Below are positions 9,549-18,920 of a stretch of 64,000 bases of DNA, in pieces (positions within the stretch are counted from its first letter, which is position 1; each line of letters begins with the position of its first letter). The notes under the pieces are model-generated. The model did no database searches, was not told the DNA's origin, and was given only the letters and a program-made list of their open reading frames with translations. The position numbers and the translations under genes are program-made. The stretch spans positions 2,336,001 to 2,400,000 of the forward strand of contig CAWJET010000001.1 in NCBI GenBank assembly GCA_963842085.1, given 5' to 3'. Source of the DNA: an uncultured delta proteobacterium (GTDB lineage: Bacteria > Desulfobacterota > Binatia > Binatales > Binataceae).

Positions 9549-10265
9549 ATGGATTTGGCAGAGCGATTCGTCGATGTGGGAATTTTCACCAACCGGCTGG
9601 ACGAGATGCGCGCGTTCTACGGCGAACGAATCCGCCTGCCCTACGAGGAGCTACTGCCGGTCGGCGGCGGCGTGCGGCAATATCGTTACGGATTGCTCGG
9701 CTCGGTGCTCAAGATAAATCACGCGCGCGATCCTCTGCCGCCCCGAATCGCTGGCGGCTATCGAAAACTTTCGATCTCCGATGCGCGCACTCCGATGCCG
9801 CTTCCGATGCAGGATCCCGACGGCAATGACCTCGAGCTGGTGCCCACCGGCCAGCGTGGAATCAATCAGATCGAAATCCAAATCGGCGTCACCGACGAGG
9901 CCGCCTTCGAGCATTTCTATGGCGATGCGCTTCAGGCTGAGCGGCTTGGCGCCGGCCGCTTCAAGCTTGGCGAGACGATTTTCAGCTTCCACCAGGATCC
10001 CGCGGCCGTGAGCGCGCGGAAGTCGCCGTCAGGCAGCGCGATGGACGCGCTGGCATCGATGCGCGCGATCGGGATGCGCTACATCACGGTGCAGGTGCGC
10101 GACTGCGATGCGGAGCATCGACGCTTTATGTCGATGGGCGTATGGGAGGGCGCGGCGCCGGTCTCGCTGGGTGCGGTCGCGCGGATTTCGTTCATTCGCG
10201 ATCCCGACGGCAACTTCATTGAGATTTCGCAGCGGGCGTCGTTGACCGGTCCGCTCCCGGCTTGA
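9549..10265 (+). CDS. VOC / glyoxalase-fold protein
   Basis: Two DPDGN(D/F)xE motifs; MRAFY. Confidence 0.85.
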   Translation: MDLAERFVDVGIFTNRLDEMRAFYGERIRLPYEELLPVGGGVRQYRYGLLGSVLKINHARDPLPPRIAGGYRKLSISDARTPMPLPMQDPDGNDLELVPTGQRGINQIEIQIGVTDEAAFEHFYGDALQAERLGAGRFKLGETIFSFHQDPAAVSARKSPSGSAMDALASMRAIGMRYITVQVRDCDAEHRRFMSMGVWEGAAPVSLGAVARISFIRDPDGNFIEISQRASLTGPLPA

Positions 10266-11967
10266 CCGGCGGCACGGCGGATGCGGCCGGGGGTTGGGAA
10301 GCGAGCAGCGCAAGGACTATCGGCACCAGGTCGAGTTGTGATGGTTCGGCGCCTCCAATCTGCTCGACGATCTGCTTGAGCTTGGCGCCGGGATAGTCTT
10401 TGCGTGCGACGATCAGCGGTATGTGACTGTCCTGCAGCGACGCGCTGCCATGCCACGAGTGGTAGGGGGCCGAGAAGTAGTAGCGGTCCTGGATAGGCCG
10501 CTTCAATCCTGACCTCGATAGCAGCAGGATGTCGCCGGCGCGATTACCATACGGCCCCGCGCTCAGCCATCGCATCCGCCGATTGAGCTGGACCAGATCG
10601 GGCCGCGGATGCGTCAGCAGATATTCCCAAATCGGCACCAGCCCATGGCCGTCGAAGATTTCGTACTCGTTCGTATTTTTTCCCGGCGGAGTCGGAACGC
10701 GCGCGAATACCAGGTCGAGCGTGTCCTTCATCGACGGCACCGGCCTCCCGTTCTTGTTCGAGTAGTAAAACGCGCGCGCAGCCGGCAGCACGTCCTCCTT
10801 GTAGCGCGGTGGACGCTTCCAATCGCAAGTCATGCCGGGATTGGGACAGGTCGAGCGGTCGGCCAGGTACACGTAAGCGATCGCACCCTGGTACGCGAAG
10901 GCGGATTGGTAGTCCTGTTCGTTCTTGCCGGGATTCAGGACAAGTTTTCGCGGCCGGAATCCGGCTGCTTTGACGACTGCTTCGGGGGCGCCGCTGTCGT
11001 CGGCGCCAAGCGCGTGCCGCGGGTCCTTCAGCACGGGAGTATGCCCATGATCGGCAATCACCACGATGTAGGTCTGATCGAGAATGCCGTATCCGCGGTA
11101 GGCGTCGAGAATTTTTGCAACGAGCGGATCGGTCACATTCTCGAGATAGTCGGTCTCCATCGGCAACGGATCGGGCGCCAGATGCGTGTACAAATCGATT
11201 CCCGGGAAATACACGACCTGAATATTCGGAACGCCGTGAGTCTTCATCGAGTCGAGCAGCTTCGGCACCGAGTCCTCATCCATCTGCTGGTAGATGTCGC
11301 GCTTGCCGGACGAATTCAGGTCCTTGCCGGCGACGAACTCCGTGAACAGCGTGACCATATCGGTGGGATCGATGATCGTGAAGTAATCGGCACCGCGATA
11401 AACCATGTTCATCGAGACGGCCGATCTCACGCCCGCCTGCTGAAAGAGGGTCGGGACCTTGAGCTGCCTGCCGACCAGGTTGTCGGTGATCATCGCGCGG
11501 TTGTCGTCCATCTCTTCGACCGAGACCGGCACTGGCGCGTAGAATTTCATATCCTCGCGCACGAACCATTCGTTGCCTGTCACTCCGTTGCGCGCCGGCG
11601 GCGCACCGGTGAAAATTGCCGACCACGCGGCGACTGTCGTCGAGGGCAGGATGCTGACGGCGTTGGGCACGGAGTAGGCGTGTTCGTGCAATCCGCCGCC
11701 CTCGTCCTTGCCGAGCATCTCGGCCATCGCGGGCGCCTTGCCCGAGTTAATCGCGGCCATCAACTGATCGTAACCGGCGCCGTCAAAGGCGAAGATCAAT
11801 ACGTAGGGACCCGGCTCGACTGGCCGAGGCTCGCGTTTGACCTGCTTCTCGCCGCCGTTGAGGAAGAGTCTGACCGAGCTGCAAGACATCAGCGTCACAA
11901 GGGCGACGCAGGTCGAAAGCAGCGCGCAGCGGATGAAGATTGAGACCGGTCGATGCTTCAGCATCAA
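10216..11967 (-). CDS. Alkaline-phosphatase-superfamily (nucleotide pyrophosphatase-type) protein, probable lipoprotein
   Basis: FAFDG, PSTT, DLYTH, ADHG and SWHG metal motifs; lipobox-like LMSC. Confidence 0.85.
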   Translation of the reverse strand: MMLKHRPVSIFIRCALLSTCVALVTLMSCSSVRLFLNGGEKQVKREPRPVEPGPYVLIFAFDGAGYDQLMAAINSGKAPAMAEMLGKDEGGGLHEHAYSVPNAVSILPSTTVAAWSAIFTGAPPARNGVTGNEWFVREDMKFYAPVPVSVEEMDDNRAMITDNLVGRQLKVPTLFQQAGVRSAVSMNMVYRGADYFTIIDPTDMVTLFTEFVAGKDLNSSGKRDIYQQMDEDSVPKLLDSMKTHGVPNIQVVYFPGIDLYTHLAPDPLPMETDYLENVTDPLVAKILDAYRGYGILDQTYIVVIADHGHTPVLKDPRHALGADDSGAPEAVVKAAGFRPRKLVLNPGKNEQDYQSAFAYQGAIAYVYLADRSTCPNPGMTCDWKRPPRYKEDVLPAARAFYYSNKNGRPVPSMKDTLDLVFARVPTPPGKNTNEYEIFDGHGLVPIWEYLLTHPRPDLVQLNRRMRWLSAGPYGNRAGDILLLSRSGLKRPIQDRYYFSAPYHSWHGSASLQDSHIPLIVARKDYPGAKLKQIVEQIGGAEPSQLDLVPIVLALLASQPPAASAVPPVKPGADRSTTPAAKSQ

Positions 11968-12142
11968 ACCCTTCTAACTCAATGCGACTCGCGAAAGACA
12001 GAGGCGCGCATCACGGCAGACACTTTCGTACTGGCGCGGGATGAAGCGGCAGGTAGATTCAGCGAGCAAACCGTAGATCCACCGCGCCGATCGTAGTTGC
12101 GATCGGCACGGCAGCAGGACTCACTGGGCGAAGTTGCGGCGG

Positions 12143-13360
12143 TTACGCCCAGCGCGAGCGCGGGCGGTTGCGCGTCGAACGATTGCGCGCGCCCGACGAG
12201 CGGAACACGGTCACGGGCTTCGGCGCGTGAATTTCGATTTTCTCGAAACCCTCGACGTGCTCGCGATCGAGCGAGTTGCCGAGCGTGCGTTCCAGCCGCG
12301 CCAGATTGACGCGTTCCTCCTGCGTGACCAGGCTGATCGCTTCGCCCGCCTTGCCCATCCGTGCCGTGCGGCCGATGCGATGGATGTAGCCCTCGGTCTC
12401 GTCGGGCAGATCGAAATTGATCACGTGCGAAACGTCGGGGATGTCGAGTCCGCGGGCGGCCACGTCGGTCGCAACCATCACGCGAAACTTGTGCGCGCGG
12501 AAGCCCGCCAACGCCGCATTACGCTGGCTCTGGGAGCGGTCGCCGTGGATCTGCACCGCCTTGAGGTTGGCCCGTTGCAGCATCCTGGCAACCCGGTCAG
12601 CGCGGCTCTTGGTGCGCGTGAAGACGATCGCGCTCTCAACTTCGGGCCTTTTCAGAATCTCGAGCAGCACGGGCCCCTTGTTTTCGAGCGTGACCGGATA
12701 GATCGACTGGCGAATCTGCGACGGCGGTGCGGCCTTGCTGCCGCCGACCGTGACGCGCTCGGGGTTAGTCAGAAATTCGCGCGCGATCATTTCGGGACCG
12801 GACGCCATCGTCGCCGAGAACATCATGGTCTGGCGATGCTTCGGCACCATCCGCATGATGCGGCGCAGTTGCGGCAGGAAGCCCATGTCGAGCAGCCGGT
12901 CGGCCTCGTCGATAATCACGACTTCAACCTTGTCGAGCTTGACGATGCCGCGCTCGATGAAGTCGATGAGCCTGCCGGGACACGCGACGAGCACCTGCGC
13001 GCCCTTGCGAATCTGTTCGATCTGGTGCCGCTCGGATTCGCCGCCCACGACGGTCGCGCAGCGGATGTGGGTGTGGCGTGCGATAAGATCGAACTCGCGC
13101 GCTGCCTGCGCCGCCAGCTCGCGCGTCGGCATGATCACCAGCGCAGCAAGGTGCCGCGTGTGCTTGCGATGCAGGCGGTCGATGGTCGGGATCAGAAAGG
13201 CCGCGGTCTTGCCGCTGCCGGTTTCAGCCGTGGCCACCACGTCGCGCCCGCTGAGCGCAACCGGGATAGCTCCGGCCTGGACCGGGGTCGCTGTGTGATG
13301 ACCGCGGTCTTTGATTGAACGATGGATCTCGGGTGATACGGGAAATTCAGAAAACGACAA
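12143..13360 (-). CDS. DEAD-box RNA helicase (RhlE-like)
   Basis: TPVQ, AETGSGKT, PTRELA, DEAD, SAT, ARGLD and HRIGRTAR; TTG start with AGGA SD. Confidence 0.96.
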   Translation of the reverse strand: MSFSEFPVSPEIHRSIKDRGHHTATPVQAGAIPVALSGRDVVATAETGSGKTAAFLIPTIDRLHRKHTRHLAALVIMPTRELAAQAAREFDLIARHTHIRCATVVGGESERHQIEQIRKGAQVLVACPGRLIDFIERGIVKLDKVEVVIIDEADRLLDMGFLPQLRRIMRMVPKHRQTMMFSATMASGPEMIAREFLTNPERVTVGGSKAAPPSQIRQSIYPVTLENKGPVLLEILKRPEVESAIVFTRTKSRADRVARMLQRANLKAVQIHGDRSQSQRNAALAGFRAHKFRVMVATDVAARGLDIPDVSHVINFDLPDETEGYIHRIGRTARMGKAGEAISLVTQEERVNLARLERTLGNSLDREHVEGFEKIEIHAPKPVTVFRSSGARNRSTRNRPRSRWA

Positions 13361-13520
13361 ACAGTATCCTATGGTTCAGAGCCCCGGATTCCAGTTCAGA
13401 GAAAAATGCCGAACTTGTGGGTCTGATGGGTTGAGAGGGTGGCGTCACGGAATCCGACGCGCGCATAAAGTCACGATTGACTTGGCCCTAAGCGTACAGG
13501 AAGCATCGCAGCGATACAAT

Positions 13521-13696
13521 GGGCAGGGGTGACCCCTGCACCCAGTATTAAGAAGAGGTGCGGGACTTCGTCTCTGGTAGGAAGTGCTTTTGTGTCATTC
13601 CAGAGCGAAGCGAAGAATCCCGGCTCCTTTTCTTAATTCCAAGGTGCAGGGTTTAATCCTGCCCAAGGAAGTGAAACCCACGGCGGGTTTCACATT
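13521..13696. repeat. Two inverted copies of the modular repeat flanking a TGTCATTCCAGAGCGAAGCGAAGAATCC REP-like unit (13593-13620)
   Basis: CCTGCACC..TTAAGAA is followed by TTCTTAA..GGTGCAGG; GTGAAACCC-N5-GGGTTTCAC at 13671-13693. Confidence 0.85.
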
Positions 13697-13713
13697 AAAT
13701 AAAGTTCCTCTTC

Positions 13714-14478
13714 CTAAAACTTCCCGTGCCTCCCCACTCCCGACGCGAAGCGCTCGGCGCCGGCGCGCGTCTCGCCTGAATTGACCGTTGCGATGCCGTA
13801 GCGATATTCGTTCTTGAGCGCGTCGGCGAGCGGTAGCGTCCACGCCTCGTACGCGGACATCCGATCCCCGCGCATGCATCGCTGTGGGAAACTTGCGATC
13901 TGTTTGGCGAGCTCGCGCGCATGCGCCAGCGCCGTGCCCGGCTCGACGACGCGATTCGCCAGGCCCATCGTGAACGCCTCTTCGCCAGAGACGCCGCGCC
14001 CGGTCAGGATCATGTCCATCGCGCGGCTCATCCCGATCAAGCGCGGCAGCCGGATCGTGCCTCCATCGCAGAGCGGCACACCGAAGCGGCGGCAATACAC
14101 GCCGAAGGTCGCGTCTCGCGCAGCCACGCGCAGGTCGCACCACAGCGCCAACTCGATTCCACCCGCTACTGCGAAGCCCTCGACCGCGGCGATCACCGGC
14201 TTGCCGAGAATCATCCGCGTGCATCCGAGCGGCCCGTCGCCATTCTCGGTCACGCGATTGCCGCGACTTGTCGCGACCGCCTTCAGGTCAGCGCCTGCGC
14301 AAAACGTCCTGCCTGTGCCGGTCAGGATCGCGACCGCGAGCGCGTCGTCAGCGTCGAAGCGGCGGAACGCGTCGGCCAGCGCCGCGGCGGTGGGCTGATC
14401 GACCGCGTTGCGCGCCTCGGGCCGGTTGATTGTTACGATTGCGATTTCGTTCTCGACTGCGAACTCGACCAGGCTCAT
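13714..14478 (-). CDS. Enoyl-CoA hydratase/isomerase family protein
   Basis: INRPEARNA, FCAGADL and KPVIAAVEGFAVAGGIELAL. Confidence 0.95.
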   Translation of the reverse strand: MSLVEFAVENEIAIVTINRPEARNAVDQPTAAALADAFRRFDADDALAVAILTGTGRTFCAGADLKAVATSRGNRVTENGDGPLGCTRMILGKPVIAAVEGFAVAGGIELALWCDLRVAARDATFGVYCRRFGVPLCDGGTIRLPRLIGMSRAMDMILTGRGVSGEEAFTMGLANRVVEPGTALAHARELAKQIASFPQRCMRGDRMSAYEAWTLPLADALKNEYRYGIATVNSGETRAGAERFASGVGRHGKF

Positions 14479-14515
14479 CGAATGCCTCCCGCGCTGACCT
14501 GCGAATGCCAGGAAT

Positions 14516-15073
14516 TTACCTTTTCAACATTTTGCTTGTCGAGTAATGAAGACGCACGACGCCCGAGTCCAGAGAGCGATGACTCTCGAAGCCGCTGTGC
14601 GCGAACACCTCCAGCATCTGGCGGTTCTCGCCGAGCACGTCGGCCTCGAACTCCGTGACTCCGTTTGCATCGGCGATGAGGCCCAGATGTTCGAGCAGCA
14701 GCGTGCCGATGCCGCGGCCCTGGAACCCGTCGAGAATTGCGAACGCTACCTCGGCGCGATGCGGAGCGGCGCCGCAAATGTAGCGGCCGACGCCGATAAA
14801 GCGTTCGCGCCCGTTCTCGGTCAGCGTCGCGGCGAGGCCGACGTGACTCTTGAAGTCGAGCTCGGTCAGGCGCTTCAGATCTTGCGGCGACAGATCGCGC
14901 CTTATCCCCATGAAACGAAAATACACGGACTTCTCGCTGAGGCCCCTGAAATGCTCGTGCAGACGCTCCTGGTCGTCAGGGCGAATCGCGCGGATTCGTA
15001 TCGCGGTGCCGTCGAGCATCGTGGCATCGACGCAATAATTCCGCGCATCGCTGAGCATGTCGTCGTTCCCCAT
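14516..15073 (-). CDS. GNAT N-acetyltransferase (resembles the GNAT domain of Pat/acyl-CoA synthetase); start uncertain
   Basis: IRAIRPDD, YFRF, IGVGRY, AEVAF, FQGRGIGT and ENRQMLEVF. Confidence 0.88.
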   Translation of the reverse strand: MGNDDMLSDARNYCVDATMLDGTAIRIRAIRPDDQERLHEHFRGLSEKSVYFRFMGIRRDLSPQDLKRLTELDFKSHVGLAATLTENGRERFIGVGRYICGAAPHRAEVAFAILDGFQGRGIGTLLLEHLGLIADANGVTEFEADVLGENRQMLEVFAHSGFESHRSLDSGVVRLHYSTSKMLKR

Positions 15074-15149
15074 ATCGGCAGTCGAGTATAGCGGCGATTC
15101 CGCTTGGAATCTCGCGCGCATTTCGCTAAGGCGATCGGAGCGGCGCACG

Positions 15150-16319
15150 ATGAGCGAATTTACAATCAAGGACAAGGTCGCGATCGCCGGGCTCGGCGAG
15201 ACCAGGTACTACAAGCGCGGCGCCGCGCCGGTCAGCGAATTCCGGCTGGCGCTCGAAGCGATTCAGCGCGCCGCCGACGACGCCGGGCTGCCCGTGACCG
15301 CGATCGACGGCATCGCGTCCTACAGCAATGATCGCAACGACTCGGTCCGCGTCGCGACCGCGCTGGGACTGCCGGAGCTGCGCTTCACCAACATGTTCTG
15401 GGGCGGCGGCGGCGGGGGCGGCTCGGGCGCGATCGGCAACGCCGCGGCCGCGATCGTCGCCGGCTTCGCAACGTGCGTCGTCGTGTATCGAGCGCTGGCG
15501 CAAGGCCAGTTCGGCCGGTTCGGCGCGACGCCGGCGGTGCGCACGATTTCGGGTCCTCCCGCCTATACCTGGCCGTACGGGATGTCCACGCCGGCGCAAT
15601 GGATCGCGCTGCGCACGCGCCGCTTCATGCACGATCACCACGTCACGCAGGACGCGCTCGCGGCGATCGCGATGGCCTGCTATCACCATGCGCAGTTCAA
15701 CCCGCGCGCGATCATGTACGGCCGCCCGCTGACGCGCCAGGCCTACGACGAGTCGCGATGGATCGTCGAGCCGTTTCATCTTTATGACTGCTGCCTCGAG
15801 AACGACGGCGCCGCCGCCGTGATTCTCACCAGCGCCGAGCGTGCGCGCGACCTCAAGCAGAAGCCCGCGTACGTCATGGCCTCGGCGCAGGGCTCCGACT
15901 ATCGCCAGGGCGCCGCGGCGGAGAATGGTCCCGACTACGCGACCTCGAACTTCAAGACGCTCGCGCCGCGCCTGTACGCGATGGCGGGAATCGAGCCCAA
16001 GGACGTCGACGTCGCGCAGGTGTACGAGAATTTCACCGGCGCCGTCATGACCAGCATCGTCGAGCACGGGTTCTGCCATCCCGACGAAGTTATGGACTTC
16101 TGCACGTTCGAAAATCTGACCGCGCCCAACGGCAAGCTGCCGCTCAACACGAGCGGCGGAAATCTTGCCGAGTGTTACATGCACGGGCTCGAACTGATTA
16201 TCGAGGCCGCGCGCCAGGTGCGCGGCACTTCGACCTGCCAGGTGAAGGACGCCGAGATTTCGATGGTTGTGTCGGGACCGATGGTTGCGCCGGTCAGCGA
16301 TCTGATCCTGCACGGGTAA
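15150..16319 (+). CDS. SCP-x / Ltp2-type thiolase-like protein
   Basis: VAIAGLGET, NPRA, LYDCCLENDGAAA, YENFT and NTSGGNLAECYMHG. Confidence 0.9.
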   Translation: MSEFTIKDKVAIAGLGETRYYKRGAAPVSEFRLALEAIQRAADDAGLPVTAIDGIASYSNDRNDSVRVATALGLPELRFTNMFWGGGGGGGSGAIGNAAAAIVAGFATCVVVYRALAQGQFGRFGATPAVRTISGPPAYTWPYGMSTPAQWIALRTRRFMHDHHVTQDALAAIAMACYHHAQFNPRAIMYGRPLTRQAYDESRWIVEPFHLYDCCLENDGAAAVILTSAERARDLKQKPAYVMASAQGSDYRQGAAAENGPDYATSNFKTLAPRLYAMAGIEPKDVDVAQVYENFTGAVMTSIVEHGFCHPDEVMDFCTFENLTAPNGKLPLNTSGGNLAECYMHGLELIIEAARQVRGTSTCQVKDAEISMVVSGPMVAPVSDLILHG

Positions 16320-16324
16320 GCGTG

Positions 16325-16777
16325 ATGGCGGACAATGAAAAATCGAAAACGTACCTGCCCGCCGAAATGCCTGTGCCCGAGGCAATGCGCGACGGACTGG
16401 ATCGCGAATTCTGGGAAGCGGCGCGGCGTCACGAGCTGGTCGTACAGAAGTGCAATTCGTGCGGCACGTTTCAGTTCGGCCCCGAATGGATTTGTCACAA
16501 GTGCCACACGCTCGACGTCGGATGGCATCGCGTGTCGGGCCGCGGCCGCGTCTACAGCTGGGAGCGCGTATGGCATCCCGCGCATCCCGCGCTCAAGTCT
16601 GCGTGCCCCTACATCGTAGTGGTGGTGGAACTGCCCGACGCCGGTAACGTGAGGATGGTCGGCAACCTGCTAGGCGACCCGCTGCGCGAAGTGCCCTTCG
16701 ACGCGGATGTCGAAGCCGTCTTCGAAGATCACCCCGAAGGCTTCACGCTGATTCAGTGGAAGTTAGCGAATCGCTGA
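16325..16777 (+). CDS. DUF35 Zn-ribbon/OB-fold partner protein (ChsH2-like)
   Basis: FWEAA, CxxC..CxxC, SGRGRVYSW and PYIVVVVEL; follows the thiolase-like gene. Confidence 0.9.
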   Translation: MADNEKSKTYLPAEMPVPEAMRDGLDREFWEAARRHELVVQKCNSCGTFQFGPEWICHKCHTLDVGWHRVSGRGRVYSWERVWHPAHPALKSACPYIVVVVELPDAGNVRMVGNLLGDPLREVPFDADVEAVFEDHPEGFTLIQWKLANR

Positions 16778-16812
16778 AGTTCGGAGCTCGCATCGAAACG
16801 ACACTGCGCTGA
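16711..16812 (+). repeat. Left copy of a diverged direct repeat (3' end of the DUF35 gene and its downstream sequence)
   Basis: 41/52 identity by eye to 18077-18128; similarity continues through GAAG(T/G)TCGGA and CGAAACGAC. Confidence 0.75.
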
Positions 16813-16813
16813 T

Positions 16814-17959
16814 TCAAGACTCATCCGCTGCTACCGCAACATCGAAATCCCGCGCCTGATAGAGGAGGCGCTCAGGGACCGAGCGCCGGAAAAGCCGGCT
16901 TATGAGGCTCCCTTGCGGTCGCCCCAGGATGACCTTGGGGACGTGGTTTTCGTGCGCGAAGTCTGCGATGGCCGCGACCGGGTCTTCTGCCTTCAGCCAG
17001 ACGAATTCGGCGCCGAGGTCACCGGCCAAATTCACGTTATCGAGCAACGCGCGGAAATCCGCCGGGCTGATCTTGCGGACCGCTTCTTCCGGAACCTCCA
17101 CGTGAACCGCGTACCACCTGGCATAGAGGTTGCCGGCTTCGCGCCATCCTTTGCACAACAGTCGTTCGGCCTCTCGCTGATCCGAAGGCAGACAAACCAG
17201 CATCCGCTCCGTGGCGATCAGGTGGCGCGTCTGCTGCCGTTTCAACGCGCCCTCGTCCTCGCGCTGCCGGCCGATATCTCGGGCGACCTCGCGCAGCGTC
17301 AGCTCGCGCAGGACAGTCAGGTTATCCGGCTTGAAGAAGTTGCGCAGCGCCAGACTGACTTGCTCGATCGGAAAGATTTTTCCTTCCTGCAGACGCTGCA
17401 ACAGTTCTTCGGCCGATATATCCACGTCCACAATCTCATCGGCCTGAGCAAGGAAGGAGTCGGGGATGGTTTCGGTCACGGTTATTCCCGTCAGCCGCTT
17501 CACGATCGGGGTCATACTCTGAATATGCTGAAGGTTGACCGCTGTAATGACGCTGATGCCGGCGCCAAGGAGTTCCTCCACGTCCTCGCAGCGCGTTCGA
17601 TGGCGGCTGCCCGGAGTGTTGGTGTGCGCAAGCTCATCGACGACGGCGAATTCGGGTTTCCGGGCGAGTATCGCCTCGACATCCATCTCTCTCACAATCG
17701 CGCCGCGATAGCTGATCTCACGCAGCGGGGTCGTCTCGAGACCTTCAATCATCGCCGCAGTCTCGCGACGACCGTGAGTTTCAATATAGCCGAGGACTAC
17801 ATCGTGTCCCTCGGCGCGCAATTGATGCGCCTCCTGGAGCATTCGGTAGGTCTTGCCGACTCCGACCGCCGCGCCCAGGTAAACCTTCAGCCTTCCCCTC
17901 TTTGCGTCCGCAGACGCGCCCGGAGATCCTTCAGAGCCTGGATTTCGTTCGTTGCGCAT
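16814..17959 (-). CDS. Stand-alone KdpD N-terminal sensor domain plus USP domain (no transmembrane or kinase part); start uncertain
   Basis: RGRLKVYLGAAVGVGKTY, ETHGR, VDELAHTN, NLQH and LRELTLR, then a USP-like C-terminus. Confidence 0.88.
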   Translation of the reverse strand: MRNERNPGSEGSPGASADAKRGRLKVYLGAAVGVGKTYRMLQEAHQLRAEGHDVVLGYIETHGRRETAAMIEGLETTPLREISYRGAIVREMDVEAILARKPEFAVVDELAHTNTPGSRHRTRCEDVEELLGAGISVITAVNLQHIQSMTPIVKRLTGITVTETIPDSFLAQADEIVDVDISAEELLQRLQEGKIFPIEQVSLALRNFFKPDNLTVLRELTLREVARDIGRQREDEGALKRQQTRHLIATERMLVCLPSDQREAERLLCKGWREAGNLYARWYAVHVEVPEEAVRKISPADFRALLDNVNLAGDLGAEFVWLKAEDPVAAIADFAHENHVPKVILGRPQGSLISRLFRRSVPERLLYQARDFDVAVAADES

Positions 17960-18076
17960 CCTGGCGACGTGACTCCGTCTGTCGCTGCGCGCATCGATTC
18001 GTATTCGTCGCGCAACGGGCAGCGACGCCATTAGTTCTCTCACGAAGGTATGCCTCACCGCGATGGGCGCAAAGCT

Positions 18077-18191
18077 CGAAGCAAGCTTCGAGGATCATCC
18101 CGAAGCCTTCACCTTGATCCAGCGGCAGCTTCGCGCCGCTCTGGCGAAGGTCGGAACCGTCTCCTCGCCCGCGAAACGACGCCACGCTTGA
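18077..18191 (+). repeat. Right copy of the diverged direct repeat
   Basis: Translates EASFEDHPEAFTLIQ versus EAVFEDHPEGFTLIQ at the end of the DUF35 gene. Confidence 0.75.
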
Positions 18192-18290
18192 CCCCCTTGC
18201 AAACCGGAAATCGTGCATTAATTTTCCGATCGGAAGGCCTGAGATAATCGAGGGCCAGCGCAGATGCTGAACAAAGGAGGTGAATTGGCA

Positions 18291-18779
18291 ATGCTGCGTG
18301 AACTTCGACCCTGGCTTTTCGGATGGACGTCGTCAACGGAGCGCTTCCGGGACGACATCGACGAGCTCTTCGACCGCTTCTTTGGTGAGCTCGGCGAGAA
18401 CGGTAACGCGATGCCGATCTGGCCGGCGATGGAGTCCTTCGTTAAGGACGGCAACCTGGTGATGCGGGTTGATTTGCCGGGCGTGAATCCCAAAGACATC
18501 GACGTCGCGGTCGCCGACAACCTGCTGACGATTCGGGCGTCGCGCGAACGGCAGGGCAAGGAGCATCGTAAGGGTTTGCGCCGCCGAGAGGTCAGCTACG
18601 GAACTTTCCAGCGCTCGATGACGCTGCCGCCCGGCGTCAAGACCGATCAGATCAAGGCGAACTATCGCAACGGCGTGCTGGAGCTGAGCATGCCGGCTCC
18701 GGAGCTCGAGGGTCGCAAGATCCCGATCGAGATCGGTGCTGACGACAAGAAGCAGCTCGAGCATCAAGCCGCCGCGTAG
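18291..18779 (+). CDS. Hsp20/alpha-crystallin small heat-shock protein
   Basis: DLPGV, YGTFQRS and ANYRNGVLEL; AGGAGG SD. Confidence 0.95.
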   Translation: MLRELRPWLFGWTSSTERFRDDIDELFDRFFGELGENGNAMPIWPAMESFVKDGNLVMRVDLPGVNPKDIDVAVADNLLTIRASRERQGKEHRKGLRRREVSYGTFQRSMTLPPGVKTDQIKANYRNGVLELSMPAPELEGRKIPIEIGADDKKQLEHQAAA

Positions 18780-18851
18780 CACCGGACTGACTTCGGGCGA
18801 ACAGATGATGGCGGCTACTGACCGTCATCGGATGCTCCGCCAGGACTGATT

Positions 18852-18876
18852 GGAGAGCCGCTCCGCGCGGCTCTCC
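18852..18876. terminator. Hairpin between convergent hsp20 and msrB
   Basis: GGAGAGCCGC-TCCGC-GCGGCTCTCC, a perfect 10-bp stem with no U tail. Confidence 0.5.
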
Positions 18877-18920
18877 GAGCGTTCGCGTAGAACTAAGTCC
18901 TGAAGCGCGGGAACAGCGGC

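Noticed and set aside
10216-10265. 50-bp 3' overlap of the convergent VOC and phosphatase genes
   Set aside because: The overlap is a low-complexity Pro/Ala tail, common in GC-rich genomes
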